NCBI GenBank assembly: GCA_903883965.1
Contig: CAISCU010000035.1
Span: 25,216 to 89,215 of the forward strand
Source of the DNA: an uncultured Bacteroidota bacterium
Lineage (GTDB): Bacteria > Bacteroidota > Bacteroidia > UKL13-3
DNA: 64,000 nucleotides
Direction: 5' to 3'
The stretch's first letter is position 1. The number at the start of each line of letters is the position of its first letter. The notes beneath the pieces are model-generated. The model saw only the letters and a list, made by a program, of their open reading frames with translations. It was not told the origin of the DNA and made no database searches. Below are positions 31,163 to 41,992 of the stretch, one piece after another. The position numbers and the translations under genes are program-made.

Positions 31163-31543
31163 TTATGCGTTAACTGTTTCTTTATTAGTTTTAGCTGCTG
31201 CTTTAGTATCAACTACTAAAGTTACATGATTCGAACGTTTGCGAATTCTGTGAGCCCTACCTTGCGGAGCAGGTAAAATACGCTTTAACATTGGACCACC
31301 ATCAACAAAAACAGTCTTAACGATTAATTCGCTATCTTCAACGCGACTGCCTTCATTTTTTTGTTCCCAATTTGCAATTGCTGAACGTAACAATTTTTCT
31401 AGTCTGTGAGAACTTTCTTTCTTATTGTTAAAAATAAGAATGTTAAAAGCTTCTTCAACTTTTTTGCCACGGATCAGGTCGGCCAACAACCTCATTTTTC
31501 TTGGTGAGGTTGGACAATTATTCAATTTTGCTACTGCTTCCAT
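31163..31543 (-). CDS. rplV: 50S ribosomal protein L22
   Basis: [14 protein letters not shown] and [16 protein letters not shown] motifs. Confidence 0.98.
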   Translation of the reverse strand: MEAVAKLNNCPTSPRKMRLLADLIRGKKVEEAFNILIFNNKKESSHRLEKLLRSAIANWEQKNEGSRVEDSELIVKTVFVDGGPMLKRILPAPQGRAHRIRKRSNHVTLVVDTKAAAKTNKETVNA

Positions 31544-31546
31544 TTC

Positions 31547-31813
31547 TTAATCTTTCTTTACTGGATGCGACTTAAATGTTCTAGTTGGTGCAAACTCTCC
31601 AAGTTTGTGTCCTACCATGTTTTCTGTAACATAAACAGGGATAAATTTATTCCCGTTGTGTACGCCAAAAGTATGACCTACAAAATCTGGAGTAATCATT
31701 GACCTGCGACTCCAAGTTTTGATTACAGTTTTCTTTTTTGCCTCATTCATGACACTCACTTTTTTCTCAAGTTTGATGTCTACAAAAGGGCCTTTTTTTA
31801 ATGAACGCGCCAT
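31547..31813 (-). CDS. rpsS: 30S ribosomal protein S19
   Basis: [10 protein letters not shown] and [13 protein letters not shown] motifs. Confidence 0.98.
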   Translation of the reverse strand: MARSLKKGPFVDIKLEKKVSVMNEAKKKTVIKTWSRRSMITPDFVGHTFGVHNGNKFIPVYVTENMVGHKLGEFAPTRTFKSHPVKKD

Positions 31814-31819
31814 ATATCC

Positions 31820-32650
31820 TTATTTCTTCTTACGACTTTCGATGATAAAATTATTTGAATACTTCTTAGGAGTACGTGTTTTGTATCCTTTAGATTTCAA
31901 ACCTTTGCGAGATCTTGGGTGACCTCCTGAAGCACGACCTTCACCACCACCCATTGGGTGATCAACTGGGTTCATTGCAACTGGTCTAGTTCTAGGTCTA
32001 CGTCCGATCCATCTGTTAGCACCTGCTTTACCTTTACGCTCATTCATGTGATCAGGATTTGAAACCTGTCCAATAGTAGCATAACATCCAGCCAATACAA
32101 TACGGGTCTCTCCAGAAGCCAATTTTACTACAGCATGTTTACCATCTCTGTTTAATAATTGAGCTGAAGAGCCTGCTGAACGAACTATTTGTCCGCCTTT
32201 TCCAAGGTGCAATTCAATGTTATGAATTGTAGAACCTAAAGGAATTTCACTCATAGGTAATGCGTTTCCAATTTCTGGAGCAACTCCACTACCGCTGATA
32301 ATTTTAGTTCCAACTTCTAATCCTTTAGGAGCTAAGATATAACGCTTTTCACCGTCGGCATAAGCTATCAAAGCAATAAAGCTAGTACGATTCGGATCAT
32401 ATTGAATTGAATCAACAGTTCCTTCGATTCCATGCTTGTTGCGTTTGAAATCAATTAAACGATACATTTTACGGTGACCACCACCAATGTAACGCATTGT
32501 CATTTTACCGGAGTTGTTACGTCCACCAGAGTTTTTTAAACTTACTACGAGAGATTTCTCAACTTCGTATTTAGGAGTAAGTTCCTCATAGGTGTTCGCT
32601 GCTTTAAAACGCGTACCCGGTGTAACTGGTTTAAATTTCCTGATTCCCAT
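31820..32650 (-). CDS. rplB: 50S ribosomal protein L2
   Basis: [11 protein letters not shown] and [13 protein letters not shown] motifs. Confidence 0.98.
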   Translation of the reverse strand: MGIRKFKPVTPGTRFKAANTYEELTPKYEVEKSLVVSLKNSGGRNNSGKMTMRYIGGGHRKMYRLIDFKRNKHGIEGTVDSIQYDPNRTSFIALIAYADGEKRYILAPKGLEVGTKIISGSGVAPEIGNALPMSEIPLGSTIHNIELHLGKGGQIVRSAGSSAQLLNRDGKHAVVKLASGETRIVLAGCYATIGQVSNPDHMNERKGKAGANRWIGRRPRTRPVAMNPVDHPMGGGEGRASGGHPRSRKGLKSKGYKTRTPKKYSNNFIIESRKKK

Positions 32651-32657
32651 CGCTCAA

Positions 32658-32948
32658 TTAAATATTTTGAAAGAAGTCAATTTTTTGACCTTCTTCTAAT
32701 GTTACCACTGCTTTCTTGAAAGATGCTTTTCTACCAGAGAAAACACCTCTTTTTGTAAATCTGGTTTTACTCTTTCCTTGGTAAACCATCGTGTTAATTC
32801 CTGTAACTTTAACACCATACATGCTTTCAACAGCTTTTTTAATTTCGTCTTTGCTAGCAGTTTTAGCTACTACAAATCCGTACTTATTCAGCTTTTCACT
32901 GATAGCAGTATACTTTTCGGTAATTAAAGGCTTCTTTAGTATGCTCAT
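32658..32948 (-). CDS. rplW: 50S ribosomal protein L23
   Basis: PLITEK and KKAVVTL motifs. Confidence 0.97.
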   Translation of the reverse strand: MSILKKPLITEKYTAISEKLNKYGFVVAKTASKDEIKKAVESMYGVKVTGINTMVYQGKSKTRFTKRGVFSGRKASFKKAVVTLEEGQKIDFFQNI

Positions 32949-33581
32949 TTATGCCTTATTTAAAATGTTTTCAATTACGCTCAAAGAATTTTCTACAAAA
33001 ATTACTTTGTCGGCGTGCAAGATATCATAAGTATTCAAATCTTTTGCAGCCATAATCTTTGTTTTAGGCAAGTTTCTTCCAGATTTATAGATATTCTCAT
33101 TGTAATCTGCCAAAACCAATAACGTTTTGGTATTTGAAACTTTTAAGCCATCCAATATACCCATATAGCTTTTAGTTTTTGGAGATTCCATTTGGAAATC
33201 TTCTAACAAAACTATTTGGTTGTCTTTTGCCTTGTGAGCCAATGCACTCTTACGAGCCAATTGTTTCAATTTCTTGTTCAATTTGAAACTGTAATCACGA
33301 GGTTGAGGACCATGTATACGTGCTCCACCAACAAAAGTACCAGATTTGATACTTCCTTTACGTGATCCACCTGTTCCTTTTTGTCTGTGTAACTTCTTGG
33401 TTGAACCACTTACCACACTGCGCTCTTTTGATGAATGCGTTCCTTGGCGTTGGTTAGCTAAGAATTGCTTTACATCTAAATAGATAGCATGATCATTTGG
33501 TTCGATACCAAAAATTTCATTGTTTAATTTAAGCTTTCTGCCGGTCTCAGCTCCGCTTGTATTCAATACTGCTAATTCCAT
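32949..33581 (-). CDS. rplD: 50S ribosomal protein L4
   Basis: RQGTH and RQKGTGGSRKGS motifs; start revised to ATG 33581 (MELAVL), just after the rplC stop. Confidence 0.97.
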   Translation of the reverse strand: MELAVLNTSGAETGRKLKLNNEIFGIEPNDHAIYLDVKQFLANQRQGTHSSKERSVVSGSTKKLHRQKGTGGSRKGSIKSGTFVGGARIHGPQPRDYSFKLNKKLKQLARKSALAHKAKDNQIVLLEDFQMESPKTKSYMGILDGLKVSNTKTLLVLADYNENIYKSGRNLPKTKIMAAKDLNTYDILHADKVIFVENSLSVIENILNKA

Positions 33582-33582
33582 C

Positions 33583-34200
33583 TTACTTCTCAATTAAAAC
33601 GATTGAACCTTTGTGACCCGGAACTGAACCTTTTACTACTAAAAGGTTTTTTTCCGCATACACTTTTAATATTTCAAGGTTGGTCTTTTTAACCCTAACA
33701 CCTCCAGTACGACCAGCCATACGCATTCCTTTGAATACACGAGATGGATCTGATGAAGCTCCAATTGAACCTGGAGCACGCAACCTGTTGTGTTGACCGT
33801 GCGTTTGCATACCTACTCCGGAGAAGCCATGGCGTTTTACAACACCTTGGAAACCTTTTCCTTTGCTGGTTCCAACTACATCCACAAACTCACCAACTGC
33901 GAACAAATCAACAGTGATGGTTTGACCCAAAGCTAACTCTTGTTCAAAACCTTTGAACTCAGCAAACTTTGATTTAGGAGTAGTATTTGCTTTCGCAACG
34001 ATACCCTTCAATGGTGCAGGAGAATTCTTTTCTTTAGCTTCTCCATATGCTAGTTGTACTGCACTGTAACCGTCTTTATCGCTGGTTTTTACTTGTGTTA
34101 CAACACAAGGTCCAACTTCAATTACAGTACAAGGAATTTGTTTACCGTTTGCATCGAAGATGCTGGTCATTCCTAATTTTTTTCCTATTAAACCTGACAT
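33583..34200 (-). CDS. rplC: 50S ribosomal protein L3
   Basis: [20 protein letters not shown] and RAPGSIG motifs. Confidence 0.98.
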   Translation of the reverse strand: MSGLIGKKLGMTSIFDANGKQIPCTVIEVGPCVVTQVKTSDKDGYSAVQLAYGEAKEKNSPAPLKGIVAKANTTPKSKFAEFKGFEQELALGQTITVDLFAVGEFVDVVGTSKGKGFQGVVKRHGFSGVGMQTHGQHNRLRAPGSIGASSDPSRVFKGMRMAGRTGGVRVKKTNLEILKVYAEKNLLVVKGSVPGHKGSIVLIEK

Positions 34201-34209
34201 AGCTTTCTA

Positions 34210-34518
34210 TCAAACTTTAATTTCAACATCAACCCCGCTTGGTAATTCTAATTTCATCAGCGCATCTACTGTTTTGGCGGTTGAACTGTAGATGTCGAGT
34301 AATCTCTTGTATGAACACAATTGAAACTGCTCTCTAGCTTTTTTGTTTACGTGTGGCGAACGCAAAACTGTGTAAATTCTTTTCTGTGTAGGAAGTGGAA
34401 TTGGTCCACTTACAACTGCACCAGTTGCCTTCACTGTTCTCACAATCTTTTCAGCTGACTTGTCAACTAAGTTGTGGTCGAACGATTTTAACTTGATCCT
34501 TATTCTTTGGCTAACCAT
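34210..34518 (-). CDS. rpsJ: 30S ribosomal protein S10
   Basis: [17 protein letters not shown] and [13 protein letters not shown] motifs. Confidence 0.98.
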   Translation of the reverse strand: MVSQRIRIKLKSFDHNLVDKSAEKIVRTVKATGAVVSGPIPLPTQKRIYTVLRSPHVNKKAREQFQLCSYKRLLDIYSSTAKTVDALMKLELPSGVDVEIKV

Positions 34519-34523
34519 GATAA

Positions 34524-36626
34524 TTAAGCTTTTGCTTTTCCGTTAACTTTTGCTAAAACTTCCTCTTGAACATTTCTAGGTGCATCAGCATAATGACTGA
34601 ATTCCATAGTTGAAGTTGCACGACCAGATGTCAAAGTTCTAAGTTGTGTAACATACCCAAACATTTCTGCCAAAGGTACTTTTGCTTTTACAACTTGTGA
34701 ACCAGCACGACTGTCCATACCTTCTAATTGTCCACGACGTTTATTTAAATCCCCGATAACATCACCCATATTTTCTTCAGGTGTTAACACCTCAATTTTC
34801 ATAATAGGTTCTAATAATACCGGACTTGCATTTCTTGCTGCTTCTTTGAAACCAATGCGTGCACAAATTTCAAATGACAACGAATCTGAATCCACTGCGT
34901 GGAATGAACCATCAAACAATCTAACTTTTAAACTTTCAATTGCGTATCCGGCCAACACACCATTCTTCATGGCTGATTCAAATCCTTTTTGTACTGAAGG
35001 AACAAATTCTTTAGGAATTGAACCTCCAACGATTTCGTTTACAAATTCTAAACCTTTCTTTTCAGGATCGCCAGGGATTAATTCAAATTGAATATCCGCA
35101 AATTTACCACGACCACCAGTTTGCTTTTTGTAAACTTCTCTATGTGAAACAGGTTTGGTAATGGTTTCTTTGTAAGAAACCTGAGGAGCTCCTTGGTTAC
35201 ACTCAACCTTGAATTCTCTTCTTAACCTGTCTACAATAATTTCTAAGTGTAATTCACCCATTCCAGAGATAACAGTTTGACCTGTTTCTTCGTCTGTATG
35301 AACTCTGAAAGTTGGATCTTCTTCAGCTAATTTAGCCAATGACATACCTAATTTATCAGAATCTGCTTGTGTTTTAGGTTCAACTGCCAAACCAATTACT
35401 GGTTCAGGGAAGTCCATTGCTTCTAACACAATTGGATTTTTCTCCTCACACAATGTATCTCCGGTTTTGATGTCTTTGAAACCAACAGCAGCACCAATAT
35501 CTCCAGCACCTAATTTTTCAACTGGGTTTTGTTTGTTGGCATGCATTTGGAAAATACGAGAGATACGTTCCTTGTTACCACTTCTGGTATTGAATACATA
35601 AGAACCTGCATCTAACATACCTGAATATACACGCATGAAAGCCAATCTACCTACAAATGGGTCAGTTGCAATTTTGAAAGCCAAAGCTGCGAAAGGCTCA
35701 TTGTAATCAGGTTTGCGAGTAACTTCTTCGTTTGTATCAGGATTGGTACCAGTAATAACTCCTTTGTCTAATGGACTAGGAAGAATTTCCATAACCAAAT
35801 CCAACATGGTTTGAACACCTTTATTTTTGAATGATGAACCACATACCATTGGAACAATTTTCATGTCAATAGTAGCCTGACGCAATGCATCCAAAATTTC
35901 TCTCTCTGTGATGCTTGATGGATCTTCAAAGAATTTCTCCATCAATTTGTCATCATATTCAGAAACTGCTTCAAGTAATTTTTCTCTCCACTCGTTAGCT
36001 TCTTCTAACATGTCAGCAGGAATATCAACTACTTCATAAGTCATTCCTTTATCTTGTTCGTTCCAAACCATTCCACGGAAGTTGATCAAATCAACTACTC
36101 CCTTGAAATTGTCTTCAGAACCGATAGGTAACTGCAAAGGAACTGCATTGCTACCTAACATATCTTTCACTTGTTTAACTACATTTAAGAAGTCAGCACC
36201 AGAACGGTCCATTTTGTTAACGAATCCGATACGGGCAACATTGTAATTGTTTGCAAGTCTCCAGTTTGTTTCTGACTGAGGCTCAACACCATCAACTGCA
36301 GAGAACAAGAATACTAAACCATCCAATACACGCAAAGAACGGTTTACCTCAACGGTAAAATCTACGTGTCCTGGGGTGTCAATGATATTGATGTGATATC
36401 TGTTGTTTCTATAATTCCAGAATACAGTTGTAGCAGCAGAAGTAATTGTGATACCTCTTTCTTGCTCCTGTACCATCCAGTCCATGGTTGCAGCACCATC
36501 GTGTACTTCACCAATCTTGTGGTTTACACCAGCATAGTAAAGGATACGCTCAGTTGTTGTAGTTTTACCTGCATCAATGTGAGCTGCAATACCTATGTTT
36601 CTTGTATATTGTAAGTCGCGTGACAT
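34524..36626 (-). CDS. fusA: Elongation factor G
   Basis: [25 protein letters not shown] and GMGELHLE motifs. Confidence 0.99.
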   Translation of the reverse strand: MSRDLQYTRNIGIAAHIDAGKTTTTERILYYAGVNHKIGEVHDGAATMDWMVQEQERGITITSAATTVFWNYRNNRYHINIIDTPGHVDFTVEVNRSLRVLDGLVFLFSAVDGVEPQSETNWRLANNYNVARIGFVNKMDRSGADFLNVVKQVKDMLGSNAVPLQLPIGSEDNFKGVVDLINFRGMVWNEQDKGMTYEVVDIPADMLEEANEWREKLLEAVSEYDDKLMEKFFEDPSSITEREILDALRQATIDMKIVPMVCGSSFKNKGVQTMLDLVMEILPSPLDKGVITGTNPDTNEEVTRKPDYNEPFAALAFKIATDPFVGRLAFMRVYSGMLDAGSYVFNTRSGNKERISRIFQMHANKQNPVEKLGAGDIGAAVGFKDIKTGDTLCEEKNPIVLEAMDFPEPVIGLAVEPKTQADSDKLGMSLAKLAEEDPTFRVHTDEETGQTVISGMGELHLEIIVDRLRREFKVECNQGAPQVSYKETITKPVSHREVYKKQTGGRGKFADIQFELIPGDPEKKGLEFVNEIVGGSIPKEFVPSVQKGFESAMKNGVLAGYAIESLKVRLFDGSFHAVDSDSLSFEICARIGFKEAARNASPVLLEPIMKIEVLTPEENMGDVIGDLNKRRGQLEGMDSRAGSQVVKAKVPLAEMFGYVTQLRTLTSGRATSTMEFSHYADAPRNVQEEVLAKVNGKAKA

Positions 36627-36646
36627 TTTGTTTTATCTATTTTGAA

Positions 36647-37117
36647 TTAGCTGATTTTGAAATGCGAGAATGCTTTGTTTGCTTCAGCCATTTTGTGCGT
36701 GTCTTCACGTTTTTTCACTGCTGCACCTTCATTTTTAGCTGCTGATAAAATCTCACCAGCTAATTTGTCTGCCATGGTTTTTTCACCCCTGTTACGGGCA
36801 TATCTAATTAACCATTTCATACCAACTGCAATTTTACGGTCAGCAGGTACTTCCATTGGAATTTGGAATGTTGCTCCACCTACTCTGCGAGATTTAACCT
36901 CTACAGCAGGCATTACATTGTTCAATGCTTTTTTCCAAACATCTAATCCTCTTTCTTGTGCTTTTGCTTCTACTTTATCTAATGCACCGTAAAAAATGGT
37001 ATAAGCTGTATTTTTCTTTCCGCTCCACATCATGTTGTTCACAAAACGGGTAACCAAAATATCATTGAATTTTGGATCTGGTAATAAAATATGCTTTTTA
37101 GCTCTTGATTTTCTCAT
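36647..37117 (-). CDS. rpsG: 30S ribosomal protein S7
   Basis: EVKSRRVGGATFQIP and HKMAEANKAF motifs. Confidence 0.98.
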   Translation of the reverse strand: MRKSRAKKHILLPDPKFNDILVTRFVNNMMWSGKKNTAYTIFYGALDKVEAKAQERGLDVWKKALNNVMPAVEVKSRRVGGATFQIPMEVPADRKIAVGMKWLIRYARNRGEKTMADKLAGEILSAAKNEGAAVKKREDTHKMAEANKAFSHFKIS

Positions 37118-37142
37118 GTCTATACTAACTTAGGCTGACTGT

Positions 37143-37550
37143 TTATTTCTTTTTTGCTTTTGGATCTACAGCTTGTCCTGGTTTAGGACGTTTTGTTCCG
37201 TACTTAGAACGTTGTTGTTTACGTCCGTCTACACCAGCAGTATCCAATGCACCCCTTACGATGTGGTAACGAACTCCAGGTAAATCTTTTACCCTTCCGC
37301 CTCTTACCAATACGATAGAGTGTTCTTGTAAGTTGTGACCTTCTCCTGGAATGTAGGCATTCACCTCATTACCGTTGGTCAATCTAACACGAGCTACCTT
37401 TCTCATTGCTGAGTTAGGCTTTTTAGGAGTTGTAGTGTACACACGGGTACAAACACCTCTGCGCTGTGGGCAAGAATCAAGTGCTGGTGACTTGCTCTTG
37501 GTATTTACGTCGTTGCGGCCCTTACGAACCAGTTGTTGAATAGTAGGCAT
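37143..37550 (-). CDS. rpsL: 30S ribosomal protein S12
   Basis: [17 protein letters not shown] and [12 protein letters not shown] motifs. Confidence 0.99.
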   Translation of the reverse strand: MPTIQQLVRKGRNDVNTKSKSPALDSCPQRRGVCTRVYTTTPKKPNSAMRKVARVRLTNGNEVNAYIPGEGHNLQEHSIVLVRGGRVKDLPGVRYHIVRGALDTAGVDGRKQQRSKYGTKRPKPGQAVDPKAKKK

Positions 37551-37592
37551 ATCTAATTTTTAATACGCAATTTTATCTTAAAAAAGGGAGTG

Positions 37593-37600
37593 CAAAGGTA
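37593..37600 (-). promoter_or_regulatory. Proximal rpsL promoter -7 element (TACCTTTG)
   Basis: Exact TAnnTTTG 42 nt upstream of rpsL; CTTG 20 nt further upstream. Confidence 0.75.
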
Positions 37601-37720
37601 GGTGATGCGAGTTAGCTAAACAAGTGCTTGACAAAAAATATATAAAAATATTTGATGCTGAGCGGGTTAAATGCTAACTATTAACCATCAGTCTTTCCAA
37701 TGTTGACCCTTTCGGGGCTG

Positions 37721-37751
37721 CAAACATAGGCATCTTATTTGAATTATCAAA
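37721..37751 (-). promoter_or_regulatory. Distal rpsL promoter: -33 TTTG (37751-37748), 19-nt spacer, -7 TATGTTTG (37728-37721)
   Basis: Both Bacteroidota consensus elements with typical spacing. Confidence 0.75.
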
Positions 37752-37917
37752 GATTGCGACAGTTTTTAACCTTTAAAAGATGAATATTCTACAAGTATTT
37801 GCGTACAATGCTGATTTACTTGTACTTAAATGAATAAATATTTTAAAAGTTTTTTCAGAAAACGAGCCAAACTGATTTATTTCTGTAATAAAAGCCTGTA
37901 TTTATTAATTTGGCCGA

Positions 37918-39720
37918 ATGATTCCGGAGAAATTTAAACAAATCATCAATAGCTTGCCGTCCTCACCCGGGATCTACAAATATTTTGACAAAGACAATCA
38001 GATCATATACATAGGTAAAGCTAAAAACCTAAAAAAAAGAGTCAGTAGCTATTTTAACAAAACCAATCACGAAAACAGAAAGACCACTGTTTTGGTTAGT
38101 AAAATCGAAAAACTTGAATTTACAATTGTTGAAACGGAAACGGATGCTTTGCTTTTGGAAAATGTATTGATCAAGCAATTCCAGCCTCGCTTTAATATTC
38201 TTCTCAAAGACGATAAGACCTATCCTTTTATTTGTATCAAGGCTGAAAATTTCCCTAGAGTTTTTACAGTCAGGCAACGTATCAAAGATGGCTCAGAATA
38301 TTATGGACCATATGCCAATGGCCACCTCATGTATACATTATTGGATTTGATCAAAAACCTATACCCTATTAGAACCTGTAATTTATTGCTCAATCCTACT
38401 TCTATACAAGCTGGTAAATTCAAAACTTGTTTAGAATATGATATAGGCAATTGTAAGGCCCCTTGTGTTGGTTTACAATCTGAAAGCGATTACCAACAAC
38501 AAATTAAACTGATCAAAGGAATTCTAAAAGGGAATTTATCGGAAGTAAAATCAGAACTAAAAAATCAAATGGCTGATGCTGTATCTCAGCTGCAATTTGA
38601 AAAAGCAGAATTACTGAAACGTAAATTCCTATTACTGGAAAACTACCAAAGTAAATCTACAATTGTTACTAAACTTTTTGACCCTGTAGAAGTATATAGC
38701 ATTGTATCTGATGACAAATACGCTTATATCAACTTTTTAAAAGTTGTCAATGGCATGATAGTTCAAACCCAAACTTTTGAAATTAAACGTAAACTGGATG
38801 AGTCTGAATCAAGTTTATTAGCGCTTGCCATTATAGAGGTTAGAAACAATTATGATTCAGATTGTAAAGAAATAATTGTTCCTATGATGCCTGAATGGGA
38901 AATTGAAAATGTGCAATATACCATTCCAAAATTGGGAGATAAAAAACAATTGTTGGATCTGTCTATGCGCAACGCCACTTATTACAGAAGGCAAAAAATG
39001 ATTCAACACGAACATTTAAATCCTGAGTTAAAAACAGAGCGGATATTAAACCAGATGAAACAGGATTTACGCTTGACCCAATTACCTGCACATATTGAAT
39101 GTTTTGACAATTCAAATATACAAGGAACCAATCCTGTTTCTGCTTGTGTTGTTTTTAAAAATGCAAAGCCTAGCAAAAAAGACTATAGAATTTTCCATGT
39201 TAAGACAGTTGAAGGCCCCAATGATTTTGCCACCATGGAAGAGGTTGTGTATAGAAGATACAAACGCTTATTGGATGAGCACCAAGCATTGCCTCAATTG
39301 ATTGTGATAGATGGAGGTAAAGGACAGCTCAGCAGCGCGGTATTTAGTTTAAAAAAATTGGGTATTTACGGGCAAGTAGCTGTCATAGGAATTGCCAAAA
39401 GACTAGAGGAATTGTATTATCCCAATGATGAATTGCCTTTGTTTTTAGACAAGAAATCTGAAACATTGAAGGTGATACAGCAATTAAGAGATGAAGCTCA
39501 TAGATTTGGCATTACCCATCACCGAAACATAAGAAGTAAAAACGCCATTGGAACTGAGCTGGCTGAAATTCCAGGTATTGGAGAACATACCTCACAGTTA
39601 CTGTTACAAGCTTTTAAATCAGTAAAGAAGATTAAAGCAGCAACTTTATCAGATTTAACAGCAATCATTGGACCTTCCAAAGCAGAAAAAGTAATACAGT
39701 TTTTTAAAACTGACCATTGA
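37918..39720 (+). CDS. uvrC: Excinuclease ABC subunit C
   Basis: GIY-YIG (PGIY...IIYIGKAKNL..RVSSYF), ECFDNS, IDGGKGQL, RDEAHRF, C-terminal HhH. Confidence 0.98.
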   Translation: MIPEKFKQIINSLPSSPGIYKYFDKDNQIIYIGKAKNLKKRVSSYFNKTNHENRKTTVLVSKIEKLEFTIVETETDALLLENVLIKQFQPRFNILLKDDKTYPFICIKAENFPRVFTVRQRIKDGSEYYGPYANGHLMYTLLDLIKNLYPIRTCNLLLNPTSIQAGKFKTCLEYDIGNCKAPCVGLQSESDYQQQIKLIKGILKGNLSEVKSELKNQMADAVSQLQFEKAELLKRKFLLLENYQSKSTIVTKLFDPVEVYSIVSDDKYAYINFLKVVNGMIVQTQTFEIKRKLDESESSLLALAIIEVRNNYDSDCKEIIVPMMPEWEIENVQYTIPKLGDKKQLLDLSMRNATYYRRQKMIQHEHLNPELKTERILNQMKQDLRLTQLPAHIECFDNSNIQGTNPVSACVVFKNAKPSKKDYRIFHVKTVEGPNDFATMEEVVYRRYKRLLDEHQALPQLIVIDGGKGQLSSAVFSLKKLGIYGQVAVIGIAKRLEELYYPNDELPLFLDKKSETLKVIQQLRDEAHRFGITHHRNIRSKNAIGTELAEIPGIGEHTSQLLLQAFKSVKKIKAATLSDLTAIIGPSKAEKVIQFFKTDH

Positions 39721-39921
39721 TTATTTTTTATCAGAGCAAGTATTGAGTCCGAAAGGCATATACAATGGACATGTTCCAATGAATGAGGTTAGAATCAGGA
39801 TGATTGCAATTACAATTAATAATATGGAGGTAGGTGCAGTGGTATTGAAACTCAAATAAACAGTTACCAAAGCGATGATTGACCTAATGATGCGGTCTAA
39901 TTTTCCAATGTTCTTTTTCAT
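39721..39921 (-). CDS. DUF2892/YgaP-family small membrane protein
   Basis: MKKNIGKLDRIIR, two hydrophobic segments, GTCPLYMPFGLNTC. Confidence 0.88.
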   Translation of the reverse strand: MKKNIGKLDRIIRSIIALVTVYLSFNTTAPTSILLIVIAIILILTSFIGTCPLYMPFGLNTCSDKK

Positions 39922-39995
39922 GTTTTTTTATTCGAAAGTATGGCTATTGGACACTTACTTTTGGTACATTTGTTACCAACTATCAAATTTGATTC

Positions 39996-41255
39996 ATGAA
40001 CGATATTGAGCTCCTGAAAAAGAAATGTTATTCCTATGCCCAAAACCAACAAAATTGTTTGGTATTGAACAGCAATCAAATTCAGGCCGCAATGGGATTA
40101 AACAACTATGAATTTATTTTCATGTGCGGATGTTCAGACCAATTTAAAACAAGTGAACAGACGGCGTTGGCGCAATTGAAAAAGTTTATTGAAAAAAACA
40201 ATGGGAAATGGATGGGACTTTCTTTGTCGTATGACTTAAAAAATGAACTGGAACAACTCGAATCAAATAACTGCAATCAGCTTGATTTCCCCTTACTCAA
40301 CGTGTTTGTTCCAGATACTGTGATTTGTATTGATAAAGAATTAAAAATCACTTGTAACAATATGGCATTTTGGGAAGCCATCAACCAACAAGCATTAGCC
40401 ATTCAGAAGCCTTTGCCTAAGTTGGAATTTGAAGCAAGGGTGACTAAAGACACCTATCTCAATACAATCAAACAAATTCAAAATCATATTTTAAATGGGG
40501 ATGTATATGAATTGAATTATTGTATCGAATTTTACAAAACAGCATGTCCCGAAATTGAACCAGTAGCCTTATACGAAAACTTGAATTCCGTTTCACCTAC
40601 CCCCTACTCCGCTTTATGGATTGACCAAGAACAGGTGATTGCTTGTGCCAGTCCAGAAAGATTTTTATTAAAAAAGGGCTCAAACATCTACTCTCAGCCT
40701 ATTAAAGGAACAATCAAAAGAATGGCTGATTGCGAAGCAGATAGTAAACAAAAAGAATTGCTTCTCAATTCTGAAAAAGAACGGGCAGAAAATTTAATGA
40801 TCGTTGATTTGGTCAGGAATGACTTGTCTAAATCATGTGAAACTGGCAGCATTCAAGTAGATGAATTATTTGGTATTTATAGCTTCAAAAATTTACATCA
40901 AATGATTTCAACAGTAAGTGGTAAATTAAAAAATGATGACATTGTAGAATCAATTTGCCATGCTTTTCCAATGGGAAGTATGACCGGAGCTCCTAAAATT
41001 AAAGCCATGGAAATGATAGAGCAACTGGAACAAACCCAAAGAGGCATGTACAGCGGTTGTATTGGCTATATCAACCCTGAAGGCGATTTTGATTTGAATG
41101 TAGTTATCCGAAGTTTACAATACAACAAATTAAATCAATACCTCAATTTTGAAGTTGGATCAGCTATTACAATTGATTCTGACCCTGAATCGGAATACAA
41201 CGAATGCCTTTTAAAAGGTGAACTAATGATGCAAATTTTTAATAGAACTGCTTAA
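39996..41255 (+). CDS. pabB: Aminodeoxychorismate synthase component I (chorismate-binding family)
   Basis: GDVYELNY, SPERFL, PIKGT, KERAENLMIVDLVRND, FPMGSMTGAPK and RGMYSG motifs. Confidence 0.85.
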   Translation: MNDIELLKKKCYSYAQNQQNCLVLNSNQIQAAMGLNNYEFIFMCGCSDQFKTSEQTALAQLKKFIEKNNGKWMGLSLSYDLKNELEQLESNNCNQLDFPLLNVFVPDTVICIDKELKITCNNMAFWEAINQQALAIQKPLPKLEFEARVTKDTYLNTIKQIQNHILNGDVYELNYCIEFYKTACPEIEPVALYENLNSVSPTPYSALWIDQEQVIACASPERFLLKKGSNIYSQPIKGTIKRMADCEADSKQKELLLNSEKERAENLMIVDLVRNDLSKSCETGSIQVDELFGIYSFKNLHQMISTVSGKLKNDDIVESICHAFPMGSMTGAPKIKAMEMIEQLEQTQRGMYSGCIGYINPEGDFDLNVVIRSLQYNKLNQYLNFEVGSAITIDSDPESEYNECLLKGELMMQIFNRTA

Positions 41256-41992
41256 TCAACTAAGATGATTTTTTCTCTGATGATTTGCTTTCCGATTTGC
41301 ATAATAATGTAATAGCAACCTGACTGTAAATGGCTTAAATTAATATGAACCTGATTAGCTCCTTTATCAATATCAGGATTTATAGGCAATTCTCTCATTT
41401 TCAAATCAAATAATTGAATCTTCACTGATTCATTTTTGGTTTTATAATCTATGTTGATGATTCCTTGACTTGGTACAGGATAAATCAGGCATTTTGATGC
41501 TATTTCATTTTCAGTCAAATTGGTTGCAGCATTAACAGTTAAACTGTATCTGGTAACTGAATCTTCAATTGTTCTGGTGATGGTTAAAGCATGTGCATAT
41601 ACTTTAAATACAACCGACAAAGGATAATTACCTTGCTGACCAGTTTGTGGCAGACCCGAAAGTAAAATACAACCTGTTTCACCTCCGTTGGCTTTGCAAT
41701 TGATTTGATTGCATTGGTAGCTAAAATTAGCCGGCAAACCATTTACTTTGGTGACTACAATAGAATCAATGGTTGCCAAAATTGGGAATCCAAATTCAGT
41801 AACCATGGTATCTTTTGGCATTCTAAATTGGATGATTTGCGTGTAAGGTTTTGTTTCGGTTGCTTGATCCAGTTCGGCAGGAAAAATACCCGATGTTTTT
41901 AAACTCAAATCAGGATTGCATTGCGCAAACAATTGCAGCGTGATTGATTGAAACAAAAAGAGTATAATTGAATAGATAAATTTGTTTTTCAT
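41252..41992 (-). CDS. T9SS type A sorting-domain protein with Cys-rich Ig-like passenger, function unknown
   Basis: Signal peptide MKNKFIYSIILFLFQSITLQLFAQ from ATG 41992; C-terminal IYPVPS...LFDL...LSHLQSGCYYI...EKIIL matches the T9SS CTD pattern. Confidence 0.85.
   Translation of the reverse strand: MKNKFIYSIILFLFQSITLQLFAQCNPDLSLKTSGIFPAELDQATETKPYTQIIQFRMPKDTMVTEFGFPILATIDSIVVTKVNGLPANFSYQCNQINCKANGGETGCILLSGLPQTGQQGNYPLSVVFKVYAHALTITRTIEDSVTRYSLTVNAATNLTENEIASKCLIYPVPSQGIINIDYKTKNESVKIQLFDLKMRELPINPDIDKGANQVHINLSHLQSGCYYIIMQIGKQIIREKIILVD

Noticed and set aside
34519-34523. Absence of tuf between fusA and rpsJ
   Set aside because: Normal Bacteroidota arrangement; tuf is usually located elsewhere.
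20475-37550. Many plus-strand 60-135 aa ORFs in the track over ribosomal genes, and similar antisense ORFs over mfd, uvrB and gcvP
   Set aside because: Shadow ORFs on the antisense strand of codon-biased genes; no recognisable motifs or expression signals.
8359-39720. A DNA-repair island (mfd, cinA-uvrB, uvrC)
   Set aside because: The genes are in separate transcription units spread over 30 kb and I found no shared operator.
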